From Octopus vulgaris (Eukaryota), in assembly GCA_951406725.2 (NCBI GenBank), contig OX597824.1:88288001-88352000 (forward strand): a stretch of 64,000 nucleotides of DNA, read 5' to 3'. The notes under the pieces were generated by a model. The model was not told the origin of the DNA. It searched no databases and saw only the letters and a program-made list of their open reading frames with translations. Shown one piece after another: positions 1-13,545 of the stretch. A program made the position numbers and the translations under genes. How positions within the stretch are numbered: the first letter of the stretch is position 1; each line of letters begins with the position of its first letter.

Positions 1-1
1 T

Positions 2-1426
2 GGTGAAGCAGCAGGACTTGCTATGGGGTTAGTAATGCTTGGAACTAAGAATGATGCTGCTATCCACGATATGCTTGTGTATGCACAGGATACCCAGCAC
101 GAGAAGATTCTTCGTGGCTTGTCCGTTGGTATCGCTCTTACCATGTATGGTCGTATGGAAGAAGCTGATGAACTAGTCAAAACTTTGTCTCAAGATAAGG
201 ACCCCATTCTTCGTTGGTCTGGCATGTACACCCTTGCTATGGCCTACTGTGGTTCTGGTAACAACCAAGCTATCAGAAAATTGCTCCACATTGCCGTCAG
301 TGATGTCAATGACGATGTGAGACGTGTCGCTGTCACTTCGCTTGGATTCCTTCTGTTCCGAACTCCTGAAAAATGTCCACAAGTTGTCTCTTTACTATCA
401 GAAAGTTATAATCCTCATGTTAGATTTGGTGCTGCGATGGCTTTGGGCATTGCTTGTGCTGGAACCGGCCTAAAAGAAGCCCTAACCCTGTTGGAACCCA
501 TGACTAACGATCCTGTTAACTACGTACGACAAGGAGCTCTCATCGCCTCAGCTTTAGTTCTCATTCAACAAAATGAAATCACTTGTCCTAAAGTCACACA
601 CTTCCGTCAATTATATACTAAAGTAATTACTGACAAACATGATGATGTTATGGCAAAGTTTGGCGCTATCTTAGCCCAAGGAATACTAGATGCTGGTGGT
701 CGAAATGTTACTATTTCTCTTCAGTCTCGCACAGGTCATACCAATATGGAAGCTGTCGTAGGAATGTTGGTGTTTTGTCAGTACTGGTTTTGGTACCCCC
801 TTACTCACTTTTTATCCTTGGCATTTAAGCCTACTTGTATAATCGGACTGAACAGCAATTTACTAATGCCAAAAGTACAGTTTCGTTCCAACGCAAAACC
901 TTCCACGTTTGCATACCCACCTCATTTAGAAGAAAAAAAAGACAAAACTAAAGAAAAGGTTAAAACTGCTGTCCTCAGTATTACGGCGAAACAAAAGAAA
1001 AAGGAAGCCGAAAAGAAAGAGAAAGAAGAGAAGATGGATGTGGATGAAGAAGCTTCGGATGAACCAGAAAAGAAGACTGCTAAAACAGAGAAAAAGGAAG
1101 AGAAAAAAGAAGTGGTTAAAGATAAGAAAGAGGAAGGAAAAGAAGAGAAGAAAGAGGAGGAGAAAGAAAAGAAGCCAGAGGCAAACTTTGAGTTATTAGA
1201 CAACCCGGCTCGGGTTATGCGGGCCCAGCTCCGAATGATCACCATGCCAGATGCCTCGAGATACACGTCGGTGAAGGATGTAACGAGCGGAGGACTCATT
1301 ATGTTACACAATCGCAAACCAGACGATCTTGAAGACCTCGTAGAACCTATCGCTGCAGGCGGTCCAAAAGTCGAAGAGGAATCAGAACCAGAACCTCCTG
1401 AGCCGTTTGAATGGACTGAAGATTAA
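2..1426 (+). CDS. PSMD1: 26S proteasome non-ATPase regulatory subunit 1 (Rpn2), C-terminal part, 5'-truncated by the window edge
   Basis: Frame is open from nt 2 ([14 protein letters not shown]...). It has PC repeats ([28 protein letters not shown]), [29 protein letters not shown], a K/E-rich linker and the C-terminal [13 protein letters not shown]. No intron across 1.4 kb. Confidence 0.97.
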   Translation, partial: GEAAGLAMGLVMLGTKNDAAIHDMLVYAQDTQHEKILRGLSVGIALTMYGRMEEADELVKTLSQDKDPILRWSGMYTLAMAYCGSGNNQAIRKLLHIAVSDVNDDVRRVAVTSLGFLLFRTPEKCPQVVSLLSESYNPHVRFGAAMALGIACAGTGLKEALTLLEPMTNDPVNYVRQGALIASALVLIQQNEITCPKVTHFRQLYTKVITDKHDDVMAKFGAILAQGILDAGGRNVTISLQSRTGHTNMEAVVGMLVFCQYWFWYPLTHFLSLAFKPTCIIGLNSNLLMPKVQFRSNAKPSTFAYPPHLEEKKDKTKEKVKTAVLSITAKQKKKEAEKKEKEEKMDVDEEASDEPEKKTAKTEKKEEKKEVVKDKKEEGKEEKKEEEKEKKPEANFELLDNPARVMRAQLRMITMPDASRYTSVKDVTSGGLIMLHNRKPDDLEDLVEPIAAGGPKVEEESEPEPPEPFEWTED

Positions 1427-2169
1427 TATCTTGTCAAAATAATTACTAACAAAAAGACAAAAAAAAATGAAAAAAAAAAAAAAAAGAGCAAATAATAATA
1501 ATAATGACATTTCATATTGGCTCCTATCTTAGAGGTCTCAATCTAATTATTTATCATTTTGTTGATTTTATTTTATTTTTTTTCTTTGCCCCACCCCCAT
1601 CTCTCTCAGTTTAGAGACACTCATAGTTATTCTCTTGGTAAAAGTTTGCTCCAAAAGTTTGATAAATTCCTTTGAATTTCTCACATAGGGAGAACCATAT
1701 TTCTGAGTTGACATTCTATGCTGTGGAATTTGTCAAGCAATATTAACAATTGCTGCTATACCATGTATTGTTTCTCTTAGTTGAATAGCTTTATCAAATA
1801 CTTGTTTTCATATCATCTTGTCATCACTATCTTTTCTATTATTAAAATTCTAAAATTACTGTTTGTTTATAATTCTTTACAAACATTAAAAAAAAAAAAA
1901 TTGCTCCTGCAAAAGTTTTATTTTCTAATGAACAAAATCCCTTCTCTTTCTGCGTACTGTACTTACTATATTAAAAGACAAATCCTAACTCAGAGCAAAA
2001 ATTTGAGGATTTAGGTCTGCAAATTTACAAATGTTTCAAGCACTTTTGATGAAACAATTTAGTTTTCCTATCTACATTTCATCACTGGATTGTATAATTT
2101 GGCACTTAAAAAAAAAATTTTTTTTAATGGAATCAAATCATTATAGGATATGCTGCTAAAAACATGAAA

Positions 2170-2415
2170 GCATATGGCCTGGTGGTTAGGGTATTGCACT
2201 GAGTATCACAAGATCATGGTTTCAATATCTAGATCGGGCGGTGTGTTGTGTTTTTGATCAAAACACTTCATTTCACATTGCTCCACTCCACTCAATTGTA
2301 GATGAGTAACACTGCAATGGACTGGGATCCCATCCAGGGGGACTATTGTGATCTCAGTCACTTATATGCTATGGAAACCAGGTAATGTGTCTTATGAGGC
2401 TTAGGGCTCAAGACA
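2170..2415 (+). mobile_element. tRNA-derived SINE with V-domain-like core (family D)
   Basis: A/B-box head (TGGCCTGGTGGTTAGG...GGTTTCAATA) plus GCAATGGACTGG..CCCATCCAG core. Related copies at about 2610-2842(-), 5325-5555(-), 8985-9180(-), 31018-31195(+), 33865-34020(+), 42226-42528(+). Confidence 0.7.
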
Positions 2416-3838
2416 GGTTGATGATGAAAATTCAATTTTGATTTAGACACCCTATATTTCTGCTCATGTGAAATATGATATTACTGGTTCGTCTGAGTGA
2501 ATTTCAATAAATATTTTGTTTAGGTTTACTTATTCATATATCTTTTTTTATTTATTTATCTAGTTTCAGCTCACAAGCTGTGGCCATGCTGGGGCACCGC
2601 CATTAGTAGAGCCCTTTTAAAGCCTAGCCAGGCTCATGGGCCCGGTTTCTATGGCGTATGTGTTCCCCAGCTGGACGGGACGCCAGTCCATTGCAGTGTT
2701 ACTTATTTTTGCCAGCTGAGTGGACTGAAGCAACGTGAAATGAAGTGTTTTGATCAAGAACACAACGCATCGCCCAGTCCAGGAATGGAAACCACAATCT
2801 TACGATCATGGTGCTGACACCTTAACCACTAAGCCACGCGCCTGATATATATCTATATCAAATTAGGAATCTTAATTGACAGATATTTCTTCACTGGTTC
2901 CTTTGAGTATTTTTCGTTTACAATGAATCATTTCTTAGAGCAGGGAAACAACCAGTTGTAAACAAGTTCAACAACAAACAGTATGGAATGGTTTCCCCTT
3001 GCAAAAACTTCGTCAGAGAGATCGTCATTATTACGGATTGGTAGTGTTTCCACAACATCAGACAATGCCTTGAGGTATTTATTTTAGCTCTTTATGTTCC
3101 GAGTTCAAATACCACCGAGATCAACTGTGCTTTTCATTTCTTTTGGGGTTAATAAAATAAAGTACCAGTTATATACTGGGATTCATGGTATCTACACCAC
3201 ATTTTTTTTTTTTTTTTTTTTTAACCCAGGCTTCGGGCTTTGTGCCTAAACTGGAAACAGTTCCGTTTGTGTGTGTGTGCTAATGTCATTGTTGATCTTG
3301 ACTGATTTTTTTTTTTGTTTATATAATGTTACTTCCTGCCAATATGTTTTTTTTAATTAATTTAAATAATCATAGATATTTCAAGAAATGCTTTCCCTTT
3401 TTTCATTTCATACAACTTTATATATCTCAGGAGTAAATGAAATCATTCAACATCCTTCAATGAATTATCAAAAAATAACAATATTGTTTTCATTTATTTT
3501 ATGTTCCATCTTTCTCCCAATTACAATAACAAATGGAAAAGATAAAAATTTGTTAATATCATTTTGAATATGTTGGATTTTATTTCTGTTTCTCTAACAC
3601 GAAGCTGTCTACTTGCAACTTACTAGTATTGTATTCTTCAAGTTACCTTCAGGTGTGGGTGTGTGGTTAAGAAGTTTGCTTCCTAACTGCATGGTTTCAG
3701 GTTCAGTCCCACTGCGTGGCAGCTTGGGCAAATGTCATCTGTTGTAGCCTCAAGTTAACAAAAGCTTTGTGAGTGGATTTGATAGAAAGAAACTGAAAGA
3801 AGACTGCCGTGCTTATGTTTTATATATATATATATATA

Positions 3839-4037
3839 TATCTGTAAATATAATATGTGACAATTATTCAATAACCAAGATAAAACTCTGAGTTTCGGAT
3901 GCCAAGGTGGAAATCTACAACACCATCTCTTCAGACAGATAACCAAAGAGATGGTGTTGTGGATTTCCACCTCGGCGTCCGAAACTCAGAGTTTTATCTT
4001 GGCTATTGAATAAAAGTCACATATTATTTTACAGATA
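3839..4037. mobile_element. Long inverted repeat from a Penelope-like terminus, with a decayed hammerhead in each arm
   Basis: Arms of about 90 nt are near-complementary. The left arm (-) keeps CTGAAGA...CGAAAC; the right arm (+) keeps stem I GATAA/TTATC around ...CGAAACTCAGAGTT. Confidence 0.6.
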
Positions 4038-4517
4038 AATTTCCTCTATTTACATAATATTGAGGTTTCTTTCTTTCTTTTGTTATCTTACCGTTTTTAC
4101 CAATATATATATATATATATATATTCTTATACTTGTTTCAGTCATTCTGACTGGCCATGCTGGAGCACCACCTTAAAGAGTTTTAGTCGAAATCAACCCC
4201 AGGACTTATTCTTTGTAAAGCCTAGCACTTATTGTATCAGTCTCTTTTGCCGAACTGCTAAGTTATGCACACCAACATCAGTTGTCAAACAATGGTAGGA
4301 GGCCAAACAAAGACACACACACATAAATACGTATATATATATGTGTGTGTATGCTTCTTGTTTGTTTCCATGTAGCAAATCCATTCAGAAGGCTTTGTTA
4401 GGCCAGAGGCTATAGAAGAGGAACACTTGCCCAAGGTGCCATGCAGTGGGACTGAGCCCGATACTGTGATTGCAAAGCAAGCTTCTTTACTACACAGCCA
4501 CGCCTTATATATGTTAA

Positions 4518-4848
4518 AAAAAAAAAAGGCACAAATAATGGGTTTTATACCTTTATTCGTGCATTACAGACTTACAGTTGTTTCTGATATACATTTTCGG
4601 TGCATTCATGGTTCAGTCAACTTGATCTGTTGAAAAATATACCTGGAATGCTATAGTCTTGGGAGTTTAACACATCAACTATTGATATGTTGAACACTAA
4701 AGATGATAGCATTCTGATAGTCATTCACTATATTTTCAATAGATCAATCAATTAGATAAACTTAACCATGAATGCACTGAAGATGCATACCAGAAACAGC
4801 TGTGCACATATAAAGGTATAGAACCCATTATTTAAGCCTTTTTTTTTA
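4518..4848. mobile_element. Degenerate inverted repeat, Penelope-like terminus
   Basis: 4518-4640 is a diverged reverse complement of 4730-4848. The right arm contains GCA-CTGAAGA...GAAAC-AGCT-GT. Confidence 0.5.
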
Positions 4849-5071
4849 TATATCACTCTGTGAAAACACCATGTTCTCTTGGTAATGCAATCATGAATTT
4901 ACAAAGTAAACTGGTGATGGACTTCAACCTTTGATCTTTCCTTTGGAATACCTGGAGTTCATTGCCAATTACAAAACCTATTGTTAACCAGGTGGATCTA
5001 TATCAGCAGAGATCTTAAGAAGTATTTTGCTTGGATTTCTAATTTCGTAACTCTTCATTCTGACACATACA

Positions 5072-5291
5072 TATGAGGGAGTGATGAAAAGTTCCTGGTT
5101 TTAAGGGTGTCGTGAAAGGCCTGGTTGGAGGCCCAACCTTCTGAGTTCTTTTACAGGGATTAGAAAGACTGAAGGATTGCTGCAATAAGTGTGTCAATCT
5201 GAGAGGGGAATATGTTGGGTAAGCTCATGATCAACTGATCCGCTTGTATTTTCTTTTACTCAAAGCCAGAAACTTTTCTGCACTTCCTCGC
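5072..5291 (+). mobile_element. Mariner-derived MITE
   Basis: TIRs GAGGGAGTGATGAAAAGTTCCTGG / CCAGAAACTTTTCTGCACTTCCTC. Internal remnant encodes the mariner C-terminus (..NKCVNLRGEYVG*). A 5' end also occurs at about 44276. Confidence 0.7.
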
Positions 5292-6190
5292 GTGTGTGTG
5301 AATATATTTAATAAAATAATAAATGCGCCCATTTAAAGCCTAGCCAGGCTCATGGGCCCGGTTTCAATGGCGTATGTGTTCCCCAGCTGGACGGGAAGCC
5401 AGTCCATCGTAGCGTTATTCATTTTTGCTAGCTGAGTGCACTGGAGCAATATGAAATGAAGTGTTTTGCTCAAGAACACAACGCGTCGCTCGGTCCAGGA
5501 ATCGAAACCACAATCTTACAATCATGATGCTAACCACTAAGGCCACGTGCCTCCACACACACACATATATATATATATAAATAAATATTTACAGGGAAAA
5601 AGTTGACAGTGATTTGAAGTTTCAGCTCATGAGCTGTCATCAGTAACTATGAAGATGCTGTCAACCATGTCCTTACAAAAATTAATAAAAACCACACTCA
5701 AAACATATTGAGTGCTCCTTCAATTTGATGGTCTATTGGTTTTATATGTAACTTAACATCGAAACAATCTTTAATATGTATATATAGATTCTTTTATTTG
5801 TTTCAGTCATTTGACTGCGGCCATGCTGGAGCACTGCCTTTAGTCGAACAAATTGACCCAAGGACTTACTCTTTGTAAGCCTAGTACTTATTTTATTGGT
5901 TTCTTTTGTTGAACCACTGAGTTACGGGGACGTAAGCACACTAACATCAGTTGTCAAGCAATGGGAGGTGGGGACAGATAGACACAAACACACACATTAT
6001 ATATATATATATATAACAGGCTTCTTTCATTTTCCGTCTACCAAATCCACTCACAAGGCTTTGGTCAGCTCAAAGCTATAGTAGAAGACACTTGCTCAAG
6101 GTGTCACGCAGTGGGACAGAACCCAGAACCATGTAGTTGGTAAGCAAGCTACTTACCACACAGCCACTCCTGAGCATATATATATATATA

Positions 6191-6500
6191 TCATCATCAT
6201 CATCGTTTAACGTCCGTTTTCCATGCTAGCATGGGTTGGACGGTTCAACTGGGGTCTGGGAAACCAGAAGGCTGCGCCAGGCCCAGTCTGATCTGGCAGT
6301 GTTTCTACAGCTGGATGCCCTTCCTAACGCCAACCACTCCGTGAGTGCAGTGGGTGCTTTTTATGTGCCACCTGCACAGGTGCCAGACGAGGCTGGCAAA
6401 CGGCCACGATCAGTTGATGCTTTTTACGTGTCACCGGCACGGGGGCCAGACGAGGCTGGCAACAGCCACAATCGGATGGTGCTTTTTACATGCCACCGGC
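6191..6500 (-). mobile_element. SINE with (ATG)n tail (family C)
   Basis: Core GGTGGCACGTAAAAAGCACCCACTACACTC..GGTTGGCGTTAGGAAGGGCATCCAGCTG and 3' end GGACGTTAAACGATGATG. Other copies at about 8313-8760, 12488-12730, 20532-20810, 22284-22540, 27035-27365, 27972-28197, 31450-31738, 36800-37058, 47376-47740, 56900-57245, 57900-58265, 63655-63842. Confidence 0.85.
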
Positions 6501-9289
6501 ATATATATATATATATATAAAAATAAATGAATATGAGAGCGATAGCACTATTAGAAATATCACTGCTAGTGGCAGCGAATACAAGCTGTACAGGCAAATT
6601 AATAAAATATATATAATATGTATACACAGTAGAACCTCGGTTATTGAACATCTCTGATCACGAATAAATCGTACTTTATCTCCTGTCTTTCACATATTCA
6701 TTTCATACAGTAGTACCTCAGTTTATGAATGAATCATGCTTCATATATATATATGAAGTGTGATTTATTCGAGATCAGAGTTCAAAAGCCAAGGTACTAT
6801 TGTGTATGTATATAGGTGCAGGAGTGGCTGTGTGGTAAGTAGCTTGCTAACCAACCACATGGTTCCGGGTTCAGTCCATGGCACCTTGGGCAAGTGCCTT
6901 CTACTATAGCCCCGGGCCGACCAAAGTCTTGTGAGTGGATTTGGTAGACGGAAACTGAAAGAAGCCTGTCGTATATATATATATATACAGGTGTCTGTGT
7001 TTGTCCCCCTAGCATTGCTTGACAACCGATGCTGGTGTGTTTACATCCCCGTCACTTAGCGGTTTGCCAAAAAAGAGACCAATAGAATAAGTACTGGGCT
7101 TACAAAGAATAAGTCCCGGGGTCGATTTGCTCGACTAAAGGCGGTGCTCCAGCATGGCCACAGTCAAATGACTGAAACAAGTAAAAGTGTATATATATAT
7201 ACACACACACACACACATACAAGGTTACTACATGAGCACCTGCATCACTAAAAATAGAAGTCAAAAATACTTCTCTGCCATGGAATAGTCACAAAATTAA
7301 GATCAGTATGATAGGAAAAAAATTCAGGGGTGGCTGTGTGGTAAGTAGCTTGCTTACCAACCACATGGTTCCGGGTAACAAACACAAAAGTGTTGAGAGA
7401 AAAACTCTGGTATCTTATTTTATTTTTTTACTACCCACAAGGGGCTAAGCATAGGGGGACAGACAAACGGATTAAGTTGATTACATCGACCCCAGTGCGT
7501 AACTGGTACTTAATTTATTGACCCCGAAAGGATGAAAGGCAAAGTCGATCTTGGCGGAATTTGAACTCAGAATGTAACGGCAGACGAAATATCTATTTCT
7601 TTACTGCCCACAAGGGGCTAAACGGATTAAGTTGATAACATCGACAAAACTCAGAACATAGCGGCAGACGAAATACCACTGAGCATTTCACCCGGTGTAC
7701 TAACGTTTCTGCCAGCTTGCCACCTTTATGGTATGGACACATGATGGCTATGGATGTGGGCATTTTATAGAGAAGGGCCAACCACTTCATGGGGAAGAAG
7801 CCGCATAAGTGGGAGTTCCAAGAAGGCATGGGAAAAATAGTGAAAGTTGATCTCAAATCTCACTGAGGAGAGATGACAAAGGACCTGGATGACAGATCAT
7901 TTGTGGTTCTCAAGGGGACCTGCTTGTGTCAGCAAAAATGAGATTTGGGAAGCACAATGGGTGTGTGTATATGTATGTGTATAGGGAACTCTATCAGTCA
8001 TGATGACAAGGGTCCCAGTTGATCCAATCAATGGAACAGCTTACTTATAAAATTAATGTGCAAGTGGCTGAGTACTCCACAGACACACACGCCATTAACT
8101 TAGTTCTGAGGGAGACTCATGATACAGAATTTGAAAAGGCTCACCCTTTGACATACAGACACTATTCATTTTTGCCAGTTGAGTGGAATGTGAAATAAAG
8201 GGCCTTGCTCAAGGACACGATACACTGCTGGGAATTGAACTCGTGACCTTACAATCGTGTGTCGAATACCCTAACCACTAAGCCATGAGCCTTCACTATG
8301 TGTGTGTGTGTGCATCATCATCATCATTTAACGTCCGCTTTCCATGCTAGCATGGGTTGGACTATTTAACTGAGGACTGGCGAACCAGATGGCTGCACCA
8401 GGCTCCAATCTTGATCTGGCAGAGTTTCTACAGCTGGATGCCCTTCCAAACGCCAACCACTTTGAGAGTGTAGTGGGTGCTTTTAAAGTGCCACCAGCAC
8501 AAGGGCCAGTCTGGCAGTACTGGCAACGGCCATGCTTGAAAATGGTGTTTTTTATGTGCCACCTGTACAGGAGTCAGTCCAGCAGCACTGGGAATGACCT
8601 CGCTCGAATGTTTTCTTCATGTGCCAGTGAGGTGACGCTGACAACGATCATGCTCAAATGGTGCTCTTTACATGCCAGACAGCTGCTCTGGCAGTGATCC
8701 CGCTTGGATGGAGCTGTTAGCGCTCCACTGGCACAGGTGCCAGTCATCAAATTTGGTTCAATTTCAATTTCACTTGCCCCAACAGGTCTTCGCAAACAGA
8801 GTATAGTGTCCAGTGAAGGGAGATTGGCATGGATGCCAGTCGCCGAATTTGGTTCGATTTTGAATTCAGAGCCTTCAATATGTGTGTGTTTATATCACGT
8901 GACCAACCAGACCATCAGATGTTGCTACACATCGCTGGTCACAATGTGTTCACATTGTTTTAGCCTTCGAATGACGCCACCCTGCTGGCTAAGCGAGCAG
9001 GCCAACAGAAGAAAGAGCGAGAGAAAGTTGCAGCGAAAGAGTACAGCAGGGATCGCCACCCCCTGCTGGAGCCTCATAGAGCTTTTAGGTGTTTTTCGCT
9101 CAATAAACACACACAACGCCCGGTCTGGGAATCAAAACCGTGAGTCCGCTGCCCTAACCACTGGGCCATTACGCCTCCGTGTGTGTGTATATATATATAT
9201 ATTACAACAAAATTTTATATATATTACAACAAAATTTTAAATATTTGTCAGGGTAGCAAAAAATTGGCATAAGTACCAAGGATGTAACA

Positions 9290-9490
9290 GCCGACTTAAA
9301 AGGTAGACATTCCAGGGTTTAGTCAAATGTGTTTGATTAACATAAATAAAGAAATGGAGTTACACGCAGGTGTTATTCAAATCTTTATACTTCCGACATA
9401 TGATTCAAAGGAAACATTGGTGTTATTCCAGAGGGAATGAAATGATGTAAAACAATGCGATCTTCTCACCAAGGAAGAAAAGAGAAACAT
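9290..9490 (-). mobile_element. Decayed copy of the hammerhead-bearing repeat at 54927-55105
   Basis: Reverse complement aligns by eye with 54920-55105. The core has mutated (TTGGTGA, GAATC) but stem I CTTCC/GGAAG and the CATATGTC loop-plus-cleavage segment remain. Confidence 0.65.
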
Positions 9491-9564
9491 CAGCAAACCA
9501 TTTTAACCAAATGTGATCACTGTGTATATGATGAAGGGAACACTGGTAAGTTATTTTTCAAAAT

Positions 9565-10070
9565 TTTTTTCCAGGAAGTCCCACCCCATCCTCTAGCTTT
9601 TCCAGGAAGTCCTTCCTGCCCCTCCTCAGTCTTTTTTAGGAAGTTCCACCTCTACTCGGACTTTTCCAGGAAGTCCCACCCCTTCAGTCTTTTCCAGGAA
9701 GTACCCACTCCCTCCTCAGACTTTTCCAGGAAATCCCTAGCCCCTTCTTGGACTATTCCAGGAAGTGCACCCCTCTTCAGTCTTTTCCAGGAAGTCCCAT
9801 CCCATCCCTGGACTCTTCCATGAAGTGCACCCCTTTCAGTCTTTTCCAGGAAATACCCACCTCCTCCTCGGACTTTTCCAGGAAGTCTCAACCCCCTCCT
9901 CAGACTTTTCCAGGAAGCCCTTACCCCTCCTGGACTTTTCCAAGAAGTCCCACTTCCCTTCTCAGACTTTCCAAATAAGTCCTTTCTCCTCTCCTTGGAA
10001 TTTTCCAGCAAGTCCCACTCACCCTCTCTCAGGCCTTTCCAGGAAGTCCAATTCACACCCCTTCTTGTAC
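9565..10070. repeat. Minisatellite, about 31-32 bp unit (CTTTTCCAGGAAGTCCCACCCCTCCTCAGA-like), about 15 copies
   Basis: Periodic recurrence of TTTTCCAGGAAGT; explains the overlapping spurious ORFs on both strands. Confidence 0.9.
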
Positions 10071-11064
10071 TTTTTAGGAGCTTGCTTTGTAACCATGTGA
10101 TTTCAGGTCCAGTCCCACTGCACCAAGGGGTCATGCAGTGGGACTGAGCCCAAAAGCAAACTTCTTATCACACAACCATACTTGTGCTTGTGGTCACTCC
10201 TGTGCCTATCGTCAAACAAATTTACAGAACCACATTCAAATCAACTTCAATGTCCATGATTAGCAAAACTCAAACATGAAATTAATAGCAATGATAATAA
10301 TTTCTAATTGGATCTCTTTTCTGCCGTACAGGAACAGATCTAATTAATAATAATCCTACTTATCTATTATAATAATACTCGTGTTTTACTCCGTCACAAC
10401 ATATGAATGAGAAAGGAAAGGGTGATAGAAGATCTATGGTGAAAAAAATATCAGACAGCGTTTCAACTCTGCATGAGTATATGTGTATGTATGTAGAAGG
10501 AAGTTATGTGAATGTTTATGTGCGTGTGTGTGGGGGGGGGGCTGCAATGGAAGTGGGACAGTGTGCATTCAACGCTAAAAAGAGAAATCGAATAGCGTAC
10601 ATGTGTATGTTTGTGCATGTACAAGGGCAGTACATGTATGTGTGATTATTATGTACCTTTTTTATATATAAAATACTACAAATAGATGTCATTTTTGAAG
10701 GCATGTGGCCAGCTAGTCAATAATATTAATATGCCAAGTTGTTCTGTTTGTATGTACCTGTGGTGTGTGTCACATATACTTTAAAGGAAGTAAGAGAGAG
10801 AGTAAAGGAGGCAGTGAGTGGTGGATTGGAGCATGATAAACCTTCAATTGGTTGGAAGAAAATAAAAACAAATCCTATATAGGGGCAGGAAAATCTTTGT
10901 AGACATTAAGATCACAGTGTTAATCCGGTCCTAACAGCAGCATGTGGGGTCTCACAGGTCTGGAAGCCAAACCCACAGATAAATACCAATGCAAAGGCTG
11001 TTAATCAAACTGAGCGTGAATACATGATGGAATAGCAATTATTCCATCAACAGCAATAGCAATA

Positions 11065-11440
11065 AGGTGGCAAGCTGGCAGAATTGTTAGCATGCTGGGC
11101 AAAATGCTTAGCGCTATTTCGTCTGCCGCTACGTTCTGAGTTCAAATTCCGCCGAGGTCGACCTTGCCTTTCATCCTTTCGGAGGTCAATTAAATAAGTA
11201 CCAGTTACGCACTGGGGTCAATATAATTAACTTAATCCGTTTGTCCCCTTGTGGGTAGTAAAGAAATAGGTACTTCGTCTGCTGTTACGCTCTGAGTTCA
11301 AATTCCGTCGAGGTTGACTTTGCCATTCATCCTTTCTGGGTCGATAAATTAAGTACTGGTTATGCACTGGGATCGATGTAATCGACTTAATCCGTTTGTC
11401 TGTCCCCTTTGTGTTTAGCCCCTTGTGGGCAATAAATAAA
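11065..11440 (+). mobile_element. tRNA-headed SINE with Nin-domain-like core (family B), partial dimer
   Basis: GGTGGCAAGCTGGCAGAA head, GAGTTCAAATTCC B box, GCCTTTCATCCTTTCGGAGGTCAATTAAATAAGTACCAG core. Copies at about 7430-7725, 18426-18592, 23650-23880, 35270-35662, 37921-38150, 40123-40522, 44473-44704, 47132-47363, 48118-48348, 50765-51340, 59174-59395, 59542-59768, 61490-61995. Confidence 0.85.
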
Positions 11441-11988
11441 TAAAAGGAATAGCAATTATTTTGTCTTAGCTTTCACTGCTCGTACTAAAGATATGACATT
11501 TTTGCTTTTCGATATGGAACATCTCCTTCCCTTTCACTCTTTTTTTAAATAGTCTGCTAGTAAAATTAATGCACAAGTGGCTGAGTACTTCACAGACATG
11601 TATACCATAAAAGGTAGTTCTCAGGGAGATTCAGCTTCACACAATGTCACAAGGTTGGCCACTTTGTATTACAACTACAACTCAATTTTTGTCAACTGAA
11701 TGGACTGCAGCAAGGTGAAGTAGATTGCCTTGTTCAAGAATACAGTGTGCTGCAGGGAATCGTACTCTTGACTTTACGATTGTGGGCCAAATACTCCTAA
11801 CTACTGGACCATACACCAAGCATCAGTTATCTACAATGACATTTAGTAATGACTAGAGGGTAAGTCTTTCAGTTGTTATTGTTTTTATTCTGGGTGTTCC
11901 AGAATGATCAAGTTTAGTTCTCTCTTCTTTCTGCCACCCCTGGTACATATTTGCCTTCTTTCATAATTCTTTGTTTTTCAGGTACTTA

Positions 11989-12302
11989 GGATCTTTTCGG
12001 TTTGAAGGGCAGTTTGTAACATAATTTCTAGGTAACTAAAAAACTTTAAACTTCGTATACTGGTAGAATGTGTTTATAAAACATCTTTTTCTCTTGGCTT
12101 TATTGAGAAAATTCTATAGTTTGTAAGATATTTCGTCTTTAATTTCTTGCATTTCGGCAATTTTAACCAATCAAATACGTCCATTGAGGTAAACAACATT
12201 CTGTGCCGTATGAAAATGTCCCTTGTTTAAGAAACAGATTGCAATAGATCGATACTAGGGTCATAATTATGGGTGACAATTTCATGACACCACTAGAAAA
12301 AA
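11989..12302 (-). mobile_element. Truncated copy of the TIR element at 60782-61197
   Basis: Starts with GGATCTTTTCGGTTTGAAGGGCAGTTT and matches the reverse complement of the 60.8-61.2 kb element. Confidence 0.75.
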
Positions 12303-13314
12303 TGACATTCATCATGACATTCATCATCCTCGTGGTTAACGTCCAATGTGGCTATTGGTTCAGTCTCACAATATGGCACCTTGGGCAAGCGTCAACTTAA
12401 GCTCCAGGCTGCCTTATGAGTGAATTTGGTACACAGAAGTTCAATGTGTGTGTCTAATTTTATTAATGTCCCAATAACTCAACAGTTTCATCATCATCAT
12501 TGTTTAACGTCCGTTTTCCAAGCTAGCATGGGTTGGACAGTTCGACCGGGAATCTGGGAAGCCAGAAGGCTGCACCAGGCTGATCTGGCAGTGTTTCTAC
12601 AGCTGGATGCCCTTCCTAACACCAACCACTCCGTGAGTGTAGTGGGTGCTTTTTACGTGCTAGGCAATGGCCACAATCGGATTGGTGCATTTTACGTGCC
12701 ACTGGCACGATTTGGATGGTGCTTTTTAATGCAATTCATAGAATAAGTACCAGACTTTAAAACCCTTCAAGGCAGTGATCCAGGATAGTCACTGTCCACT
12801 GACTGAAACAAAAGCTAAAGGTATACTCAAAGTGGCAATAAAACAATAGCCTACCACTTTATAATTATAAACAAACTAAAAATTCTAGACTCAGTAATTT
12901 GATTATTTGATCTTAAGTGCATAAACTACACAAGCGGCCCTCAAAAAAACTTTGTGATTAAAGTGGCCCACAATTTATTCGAATTGGCCAGGCCTGTCCA
13001 AAACTAACCAATGTTTATATGTATTTAAAGGGAATGTGAATGTGAGAACAATAGGATCAACTGAATTGGTGTAAAATAGAAACATGAAGGCAAAGGATAT
13101 GGAGAATTTGAAGTATTGTACTTGATGGTATAAAAGACATGACAATTTAGTATCACCTATGCAAAGAAAAACTTTTTAGTGCATTATCACTTCACATGTA
13201 GGATCTGTGATTTTTTGGTGGGGAAAAGTGCAAAAATTCATTTATGCAGAAGCAGGAAATATTTATTAAACATCTAATTAGTCAACAGTTCAAAACAACT
13301 ACTCTAGTACAACT

Positions 13315-13545
13315 TTAACCCTTTCGTTACCAACCTGGCTGAAACCAGGTCTGGCTCGGAAGTACAAATGTCTTACTTTCATAAGTTTTCAATTAAAATC
13401 TTCCACCAAACCTTAGTCACAATTTAATGTTCCTAACACTAGTTTAATGGTAACTAAGTCATTTTACTAAATTCTTTGTTATATTTAAAATTAATTGAAA
13501 GAAACACAGAGCACCTCAAAATAAATACAGTAACGAAAGGGTCAA
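13315..13545. mobile_element. piggyBac-type MITE (TTAA-CCC...GGG-TTAA)
   Basis: TTAACCCTTTCGTTAC / GTAACGAAAGGGTCAA termini. Same family at 25643-25860 and about 49450-49586. Other TTAA-CC families at about 27637-27812, 29759-29895, 42889-43944, 45342-45465. Confidence 0.75.

Noticed and set aside
922-1317. Antisense ORFs over PSMD1, RPL9 and the ANL exon at 35508-35915
   Set aside because: Shadow frames of real coding sequence on the opposite strand.
2985-3020. Minus-strand CTGACGA...GAAAC
   Set aside because: No convincing stem II or stem I pairing.
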